DNA of 64,000 nucleotides from Octopus vulgaris (taxonomy: Eukaryota): the NCBI GenBank assembly GCA_951406725.2, contig OX597815.1:140988001-141052000 (forward strand). The letters are read 5' to 3'. The position numbers and the translations under genes are program-made. This document shows, piece by piece, positions 55,330 to 64,000 of this stretch. The notes under the pieces were generated by a model that saw only the letters and a list, made by a program, of their open reading frames with translations, searched no databases and had not been told where the DNA came from. Each line of letters opens with the position of its first letter. Positions within the stretch are counted from its first letter, which is position 1.

Positions 55330-57572
55330 TATCAGTGCCCAAAAATAATGAATCACTATCGAAAAAGAGAACTTAAGCAATCATTACTGAATTTCCAATC
55401 CGATTCATCTAATAATGCTAAACAGAGGAGAATTGCAAACGAAGTTTCGTAGCTCAAGGTAGGTCTTGCAAAGTCCTTGACGCCCTCATTGGATGATCTA
55501 GGACAAGCCGACTGCCAACCCGGGCAGACAGTGCTAGCAAAGTTTGATCCAAATATTTATGGAAATCGGAGACGTGATTTCTTGTCAAGCTGGTATACTA
55601 GTCGTCCATGGTTAGATTATTCTCTTTCAAAGAAAGCCTGGTTTTCTTTTGCTTTGTCGGCACTTTAATATTTCTGCTCAAGCTGATACTTGTTTTATTA
55701 AAAATGGATATTCTAATTGGCATCATGCAAACGAAAAAAACAAAAGTTTTAAATAAGCACGCAAACTCTGCATTCCAATACCAAGCTATGGTAACATGGA
55801 AAGAACACCAACAGCGTTTATCCACAACAAAATCCGTGTCTTCAATCTTGCAAAGTCATCAGTTGAGCGAAAACTGTTATTATATCAGTTCCATTGTTGA
55901 TGTTGTTAATTTTCTTTGTGCAAACGAATTGCCTTTTCAAGGAAGCGAAAATGAAACTTTACAGGATCTTTATTCGGAAGATGACAGGCAGCCTTGTAAA
56001 CTTGTTATGAAATTATTCCAATACACATTAGAGAAAGAGTCAAAGCTAATGGAACGTTACAGCTCGGTTCCAAAAAAATGCGACCTACACGTCAGCATCA
56101 ATGCAAAATGAAATCATCGAATTGTTGAGAAGAGACATTGTCAGCCTCGTGGTCGATGAAATAATATATTCCGATGTTCCTTATTTTACGCTGAAATGTG
56201 ACGGAACGCGTGATTTGAGTAATATTGAAAATTTTGCAATTGTTATTAGGTACTTGAAAAACGGCAGGGTTTTGGAGAAGTTAGTTGCGATGCCAACTAC
56301 TCAACATTATGATGCTGAAATATTTGCGGACTTCATAATTAAGGAATTGACCAACCTTTGCTTTGACACAAAGCTTATGTTGTCACAATGCTATGATGGT
56401 GCTTCTGTGATGTCTGGCAGAATAGGTGGCGTTCAAAGAAAGATTCAGAATTGACTTGAGAAATATATACCCTATGTTCATTGTGTTAATCATCAGTTGC
56501 ATCTTGTCATGGTTAACACAATAAAGCGGATTCCGGAGTTAGATAAGTTGTTCGATACCGTTAATATTCTTCATAATTTTATTAAACGGCCAAAGATAGC
56601 TTGTCTCTGCAAAGAATTGAAGTTGCCACGTCTTATGGAGAATAGGTGGTCGGGTAATTTCACTGCCATTGCTTCTGTAACAGAAAATCACCCCAAAACT
56701 TTTGCTTTGCTAACCGAATGCACAGATTCATCAGATTAAAAAACACTGGAATTTTACATCAAGTTCGTTCCCCAAGGTTTCTTTTTGTAGCCCTTGTTCT
56801 TAGCAAATTTCTGCATAGACCAGTAGACAAACAGCTTCAGTCACAAATGTGATATATACTATTGCCTTGGGAGTCTTAAGATTGCCAAGAGTGAATTAAT
56901 CAAACTGAGAAACTCTTTATTATTTGTTGAGATTCTAAAATAAATGAGTCAATTTCATGTTATTCAAGAACGCATGCGTCGAAAAGCTTACGGGTCCCAA
57001 CGTTTGCAGATTTTGTTGTTGAAGCCCTAGTACCATCAGAAGATGACTGGATAACCTTTCACCGCAAAATTTATTTCGCGATCATCGACAAAAGCTTGAG
57101 AGAGCTAGATAATAGATTTTCTGAGCAAAACGCTAGTATATATTCTTCCTTGGCAAGTCTCTTACCAACGTCCGAAACATATTTGTATTTTGGTGCGTTA
57201 CAACCTTTGAGCAATTTTGTTAACTGCGATAAATCAGCCATTCTTTCTGAACTTACTGTGGCTAAAGCATACATTTACAAACAAAATATGATGACACTGC
57301 TTGATATTCTTGGATCTTTACGTATTGTACAAGATGCCTTTCCAAATGTTTATGTTTTATATGGTGCAGCATCAACATTTGGATCTAGCCACATGTGAAT
57401 CATCATTTTCGACGCTAACTCGAATTATGACACCCTTTCGACGAAACATGAAGCACCAGTGAAAATCAAACCTCGTGATACTTGCATCCTTTAATAAATA
57501 CAAAATAAGTATAGACAAGGACGATTTTCTTAAGTGTTTTGTCTTGCGTTGCCGTAAATTGCAGTTGTATTA
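55330..57572 (+). pseudogene. Decayed hAT transposase (TTF-type zinc finger, DUF4371/ZMYM1-like, hAT dimerisation end)
   Basis: Motifs RDFLSSWYTSRPWLDYS...FCFV, NELPFQG, S..MQNEIIE, CDGTRD, SQCYDGASVMSG..GGVQ, YVHCVNHQLHL, RWS, ELDNRFS, FPNV and TCESSFSTL, with many frameshifts and stops. TIRs were not identified. Confidence 0.9.
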
Positions 57573-57959
57573 AATAAATGTAACCTGATTTTATTTCGTA
57601 TTCTGATTTTTTAAGAGAGACTTGTCGTACAGTTCTCGTACGACATTAAGTCCGTTTAAGATATAGTACCAGATGCTTGTCCGCTCACCGGTACTACTCG
57701 AATTCCCGAGTCAACACATTGCTCATGAGCTGTCGGGTTACGGCCGACCTTCCGTCAACCCATTGGCATTACTCCACCATATTTATCCTGGTGGACTAAT
57801 CCATCCGTTCTTCCTTCTTTTTTCACACAACAGACACATGATCAAATTTTACCTGCACACATACTCACACACACACACACACATACATAGACACACACAT
57901 ACACAAACACACACGGCCACACATAGACACACACAATGCTAAACATACAGCGACACACT

Positions 57960-59070
57960 ATAAATTTCAAGTGGTGCCAAAATAAATGCCGTGAAGATAT
58001 ACGTGAGCAAAACCTAACTCGGAAATCTGAATACAGCTAAGAAGCGATTTTATGCCTTTGCTGCAGTTGTAAACGCATAACATTAAGTAACTAGATGTAG
58101 CTGCGAGAGAAACACCAAACAAGACAAATTGAAGGATTCCTCAGTGTGAAATTTCGAAGAGAGTGAAAGGTTTACTTTTAGAAATGGGAGTATTTTGATA
58201 CAAAGCAAAATGTCAGGAGAGTAATTAATGATGAACAACACAGAAAATGTCATAAAGGCTGAACGATTTTAGAAGATAAATGGAAAAATCATTCAAATAC
58301 GAATGAACACGAATGTGCTGGATAAACTACTACGGCCAGAAGCTGATATATTGTACGTTAATATCCAGCATCGTTCAATGTCAGTCCGTGAAATGGAGTG
58401 AAAGAATATAATCATGTGGTGCAATTAAAAAAAAATGATTGGAGCATGCAAACAACTAAAACAATTTAATGCGGGATGTCCAATTTAAATAACGTTGTAT
58501 CAGATATTCGCATACAAGATGGAAACTTTATCAGAAATCTGTGTTCGTCTGCGTGATGGAAACATAACATCATAAGGAATAGAAAAAGCATTTAAAAGAA
58601 TGAAAAATCCGAAAGCCTCTATAGATAAGATCAGCTACTAAATACCAATAGCAGGAGGAAAGGTCGTGGCTAACATAAAGCATGATATTTAATGTGGTTT
58701 GGGAAAGGGAAAGAAAATATGATCTTGCACCCGTATGCTGGTAATTTAGATGAATTAAAAATGCATAAAAAATACCTGAAATCTAGGGCACGATTTTTCA
58801 CTTATCGATGCTGACAAAAATGTTCAGTATATATTATTCCTCTAAGATAGAATGAAAAGTAAATTTGTAGAACTAGTTGAGTGAATGGATTCTAATTTAG
58901 AAGTCGTAGAAGCCGTTGTTGCCAATTTATAGAGTCAGGCAGATCCCTGAAAATGAAAAATATTCATCAAGTATAATTTCAATTCAAAATTCATCGACTT
59001 TTAATTGCTTTGGACATGAGCTGGCGGAAGGCCCTCTGAAAATTAATGATAACAGTATATATAGACCCGA
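57960..59070 (+). mobile_element. Very old LINE RT relic (RTE-like)
   Basis: EIEKAFKRMKNPKAS.IDKI....IAGG at about 58575-58660 and a FIDF...WRKAL remnant at about 58990-59040. Confidence 0.55.
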
Positions 59071-60062
59071 TAGTACGAATTAGTATTGCACTATACAGCA
59101 ATAGCAAAGGCGGCAGTGATAAATGATTAGCTGACAGATTTGATTGAAATAAATCTTTGAGACAGGTTCGCCTGCTTTTCCTATTTCGCGTAGCATTTTT
59201 TTCAATATCCTTCGAAATGTTTTTTTTTCCTGAAAAATAACAAATATTTTGATAAGTATCTGGAACACATAGGCCACACTAAGTATGCTGACGGCATGAC
59301 GTATGTAATCTATACTTAGCAAGTCCCAGGGAATTGTAATTAGTATTTCATTTGGTCGATGTCTAATTATGAATCAAGATTTCAACATACCAAGAGCGAA
59401 TGAGAAAAACCGAATATATAATTTTTGCCAAGTGATTAATGGCGGAATGGGCCTATCTACTTTTCTTTGAAACATCTGATTGAAAATATACACCAACAAA
59501 TATATCGTAAGCCAATTTTAACAATCACATAATTTGAAAGGTATATGTTTCAGGACACTTACATCCATCTGTGTTAGCAAGCAGAAGTATATTTGTTTGA
59601 TGTCTAAGATATCCGTAGCTAAAGAAAGGTACGACTTGAACAGAATAACTCATACTTTTATACATAGACTCATAAAATGAACAGGTATTTTTTTCGTAAT
59701 CCACTTCACCCATTAGTGTTTATTTTGTTTAATCACCGACAACACAAATATTTCATATACCGTACTGGAATGCATATCACAACTGCAACTCACCTCCACC
59801 CATCAAATCCTCTATTACAGACAAGCGCTAGCAGAGAGGGAAGTAGAGACATGCACACGCATTATTCATAGCTATCATTGGTCGAAAGATATCCATAGAA
59901 CATAGCATTAGTGTAGGCATTTTAATAAAAAATATAGCAAAACATTTACAAACGTATGGAAAAGGTCAGCACATATCATAATTATATATCATATTAACAT
60001 AATCTACACTGGCAGGATGAAATAATAAAATGTATAAAAATGTAACTGGCGTAGCTGCGTAC

Positions 60063-60450
60063 CAGGCACAGGAGTGGCTGTGTGAGAAGCTTGCTTACCA
60101 ACCACATGCTTCTGGATTCAGTCACGCTGTGTGGCACCTACTACAATTGTATTCTTATATAGCCATAGGCCGACGAAACCCTTGTGGGTGAATTTGTTAG
60201 ACGGAAACTGAAAAGAAGTCCATCGTTTATATATGTGTGTGTGTATCTGTTTGTGTCTGTGTTTGTACATTTCACTACTTCACAACTGGTATTTGTGTGT
60301 ACACATTCCTGTAACTTAGCAGTTTGGCAGAAAGTACCAGACATTAGAAAATAGGTCCTGGGGTCGATTTGTTCGATTAAGACTTTTGAAAGCGGTTGGT
60401 GCCCCAGTATGGCCGCAGTCAAATGATTGAAACAAGTAAAACATTAAAAT
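60063..60450 (+). mobile_element. SINE family A, full-length
   Basis: Head GGCACAGGAGTGGCTGTGTG and tail GGTGCCCCAGTATGGCCGCAGTCAAATGATTGAAACAAGTAAAA. Confidence 0.82.
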
Positions 60451-60625
60451 AATGATTTCAAATTGTAACACAAGGCCAGCAATTTGAGGCAAATGGTGGG
60501 ATAGTCAGTTTCATCGATTCAAGTACTCAGCTGGTACTTATTTTATCAAGCTTGAAATGATGAAATGTAAAGCTGACTTAGCAAAGTTTGAACTCAGACA
60601 TTTAAGTACCAAAAGTTATGTAGAG

Positions 60626-60778
60626 CGAGTGGCTGTGTGGTCAGAAGTTTGCTTCCCAGCCACATGGTTCCGGGTTCAGTCCCAAGCGTGGTACCTTGTG
60701 CAAGTGTCTTATACTATACCCTCGAGTCGACCAAAGCCTTGGAAATGGATTTGGTAGACGTAAAATGAAAGAAGCCCG

Positions 60779-60856
<78 letters not shown>

Positions 60857-60928
60857 ATGTATATATGTATGTATGTATGTATGTATTTCTGTGTCTGTGT
60901 TTGTCACCCCACCATCGCTTGACAACTG
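60626..60928 (+). mobile_element. SINE family A, 3'-truncated
   Basis: GAGTGGCTGTGTGG...GGTTCAGTCCC...AAAGAAGCCCGTC, then (TA)n(TG)n and CCATCGCTTGACAAC. Confidence 0.8.
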
Positions 60929-60935
60929 TTCTTCC

Positions 60936-61669
60936 TAATATATATTTTCACTAAATTGAAGTACTACTCTTGGATTACAGCATGCGTATATTGTCAATAC
61001 AAATAACATTCTTCAAGAGCATATTATTATGTTATACACAAACAACCTGATATGATTTTTGAAATACACGAACAAGCACACACACGCACACACACACACA
61101 CATATGAGCGTTCATCGATACACGCATACATATACACGCATCTTTCTAATATTCATAATATATATCTATCCGTGTATGTTTGCATATGAATGTGTGTAAG
61201 CATGTGTATACAAACGTACCCGTATATAATAGGTGAGATTAATGCAGACACATTCATGAGATTTTCAATAACACATGGAAATATATTTCATATAGCAGAT
61301 AAAAGGTAATTTACAGAAATGAAGCCAGAGGAATTTCTTTTTCAAACATAAGCAAGAAAAGTGATAGCTATGTTGTTACATAAACTGCAAAGAAGAATGA
61401 ATTAAGATGTGAAAATATGTTATTCATTTATGAATACATACAATATATATAACGTATCAAAGAGAGTTAATAACTAAAGTGTAATATATATATCTATATG
61501 TATGTGTGTGCGTGTGTAATATATATTTTGACTAAATTGAAGTACTACTCTTGGATTACAGCATGCGTATATTGTCTACAAATAACATTCTTCAAGAGCA
61601 TATTATTATGTAGTATTATAAAATACACAAACAACCTGATATGATTTTTGAAATACACGAACAACACAC

Positions 61670-61709
<40 letters not shown>

Positions 61710-62125
61710 GAGCGTTAATCGATACACGCATACATATACACGCATCTTTCTAATATTCATAATATATATCTATCCGTGTATGTTTGCATATGAATGTGTG
61801 TAAGCATGTGTATACAAACGTACCCGTATACAATAGGTGAGATTAATGCAGACACATTCATGAGATTTTCAATAACACATGGAAATATATTTCATATAGC
61901 AGATAAAAGGTAATTTACAGAAATGAAGCCAGAGGAATTTCTTTTTCAAACATAAGCAAGAAAAGTGATAGCTATGTTGTTACATAAACTGCAAAGAAGA
62001 ATGAATTAAGATGTGAAAATATGTTATTCATTTATGAATACATACAATATATATAACGTATCAAAGAGAGTTAATAACTAAAGTGTAATATATATATATC
62101 TATATGTATGTGTGTGCGTGTGTGC
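60936..62125 (+). repeat. Near-identical tandem duplication, unit about 580-600 bp
   Basis: TAATATATATTTT(C/G)ACTAAATTGAAGTACTACTCTTGG starts at about 60936 and 61517. Both units end CTAAAGTGTAATATATA...GTGTGCGTGTGT. Confidence 0.92.
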
Positions 62126-63875
62126 GTGTGTGTTTGTTATGTATTAACGATAACATTTTGTGCTATTTTGCATCGGAAATCTTCAATAACGACGCGATGT
62201 CTTATGAGATACATAAATTAAGAGGAATTCTTGGGCAGTATATCATTTGACATTAAATACACTCTGAATTAATCTGTTATCTACCGTGATGTGAAATAAA
62301 TTAAAACTAGTTAATAGTAATGACGCTATCAAGACATTAGTATTGGTGTAATTCATCACAGCTGAAAATTTATATAATTACAAACTTTTATCTGTACATT
62401 GTTCAAGAATAGACAGTTTATGCCACGTGGCTTATACTTATTGTTCACCTTTCGACAACTTATATAGATACTATGGTTTATTACCAGTCTTCTAGAAAAT
62501 AAATTTTAAAGCCACCGTTGTGTATATTTAGAGCTTAAGTACAAACAATGTATATAACAAGAATTCATTGACAATAAAGGGAGTTACATAATCATTTATA
62601 ACAAGGTATAAGCATAAATGGACGAATATGTCTATTGACATATATATCTGGCGAAACAGGCCCTGCCTATTTGAGCATACCTGCTGCAAAATTTAGAACC
62701 ACAATTGTACGTTTGTGAAAGAAAGCTTTCGTTATGTTCACGTTGCTATTACTCCTTTAGGCAGACAAATATCCCTTCATTGGGTAACCTTTATGTTTGT
62801 ACACTAGTGATTTAAATCGTTAGTTACATGTTTCTGCTGGCTGTGTTACAGAAATTAGGAATAGACCAAGTGTTAAGATATTAAGAACTGTATGTTAATG
62901 AAATAGGACGACTGATTTTGTGTCTCTATAAAATAATTAATTATTTCATGTTTTTATGAACTATACTTCCCGACATAAAATTATGAAAGCGAAGTGCCTA
63001 AATCCGAAAAGAAATGATATGAGAAAGTAAAAGTGATATAAAGTGAACGTTGACCTACCTATCATCATCTCTTGTTTTACTATTTATTAGAATTTTAATG
63101 TTTGTTGATTGGGAGAATTTCTGATATGTGTTACCTTGAGGTATTTGGACGGCTTTATAGCTTACAGCTAATGAAAATAAAACATTAGTCAATTTTGGAT
63201 CGATATCATAGACTGGTCTTCTACAAATTTCCTAGCCTCGTGTATGTGTTATAAGCAATTATTTATAATTAATTTAACTGTAAAGATATAGAATCTACTC
63301 TCAATAATTATTAGGTCAAAATTTGTTTGTATTGGATAGATACTTTTTTAGCTTAATATATACCAAAATGCAAATAAATTAACTGTTTTTGCAGATATTT
63401 CGTTCTTGCAGATATTTGGTTATGTAACCGGTTCCCTCCATTATGAGATCTGGTTGTGTTTCCTCAGGCGATATATGAATATTATTTCCGTAAGTTCAAA
63501 TTCTCGGCTTGAAGAGCATCTCAACGTCTGTTATGGCCTGGACTTAGTAGCAGCCACCGAGGGTATCAAGATATGTGTTGTGACTGAAGGTCCGTTGGCA
63601 AAGTACTTTGATTGTGTAGATGGATTGGGATGGTGGATTTACTGGATTTAAAGTGATTGTCGTTGTTAAAGTGATTGTCGCACTTGATGTATTTGAACTG
63701 TTGATTTGTTCTTGCGATTACATTGACTAACCTTTATGAACGGTTCCATACATACACGTACATGCTAGCGCACATATACAAATATGCATGCGCACGCGAA
63801 TACATACACACACATAAAATTATATACATAATATACATCCATCCATGGAAACAAAACACGCAAACAGAGGTGCAC

Positions 63876-63912
63876 ATATCATGAATAGCGATAGCGAAAC
63901 CGGTCGAGATAT
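63876..63912 (+). ncRNA. Degenerate minimal hammerhead-like motif
   Basis: ATATC-ATGAATA-GC-GATA-GC-GAAA-CCGG-TC-GAGATAT. The GAAA-palindrome-UC half is intact and the CUGANGA half is mutated. Confidence 0.5.
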
Positions 63913-64000
63913 TAAAAATTATATTAAAAATATGTAAAGTGTGCGTATTTTCCTTTTTTTAATTTCTTATATACATTACAACTCACCACTTGGGGATAAT

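Noticed and set aside
63395-63495. Possible plus-strand exon (TTGCAG...GTAAGT)
   Set aside because: Such splice-like motifs are frequent by chance, and the peptide is not recognisable.

Overview
AT-rich eukaryotic intergenic or intronic DNA, dense in microsatellites (CA/TA/GA, TAGA, TAGG, AAT, AAG). The repeat landscape looks like a coleoid cephalopod such as Octopus, which is my inference. No host protein-coding gene can be supported, and most short ORFs in the track are translated microsatellites. The recognisable coding content is all transposon-derived: a near-intact CR1-group LINE ORF2 (2948-6046) and a second CR1-group fragment; two Penelope-like elements (PLEs) with RT plus C-terminal GIY-YIG (9510-12805 + and about 15800-17725 -); two short PLE 3' ends; RTE and R4/Dong-like LINE relics; a decayed mariner; a decayed hAT transposase; Helentron-like non-autonomous elements; and several tRNA-derived SINE families. 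Two patterns stand out. First, about ten minimal hammerhead-ribozyme-like motifs from several families sit in short PLE-derived modules and fold-back elements, mostly inside (TA)n tracts. Second, the LINE shares its 60-nt 3' tail with the dominant SINE family, which identifies a likely LINE-SINE pair. All calls were made by eye, and boundaries of decayed elements are approximate.
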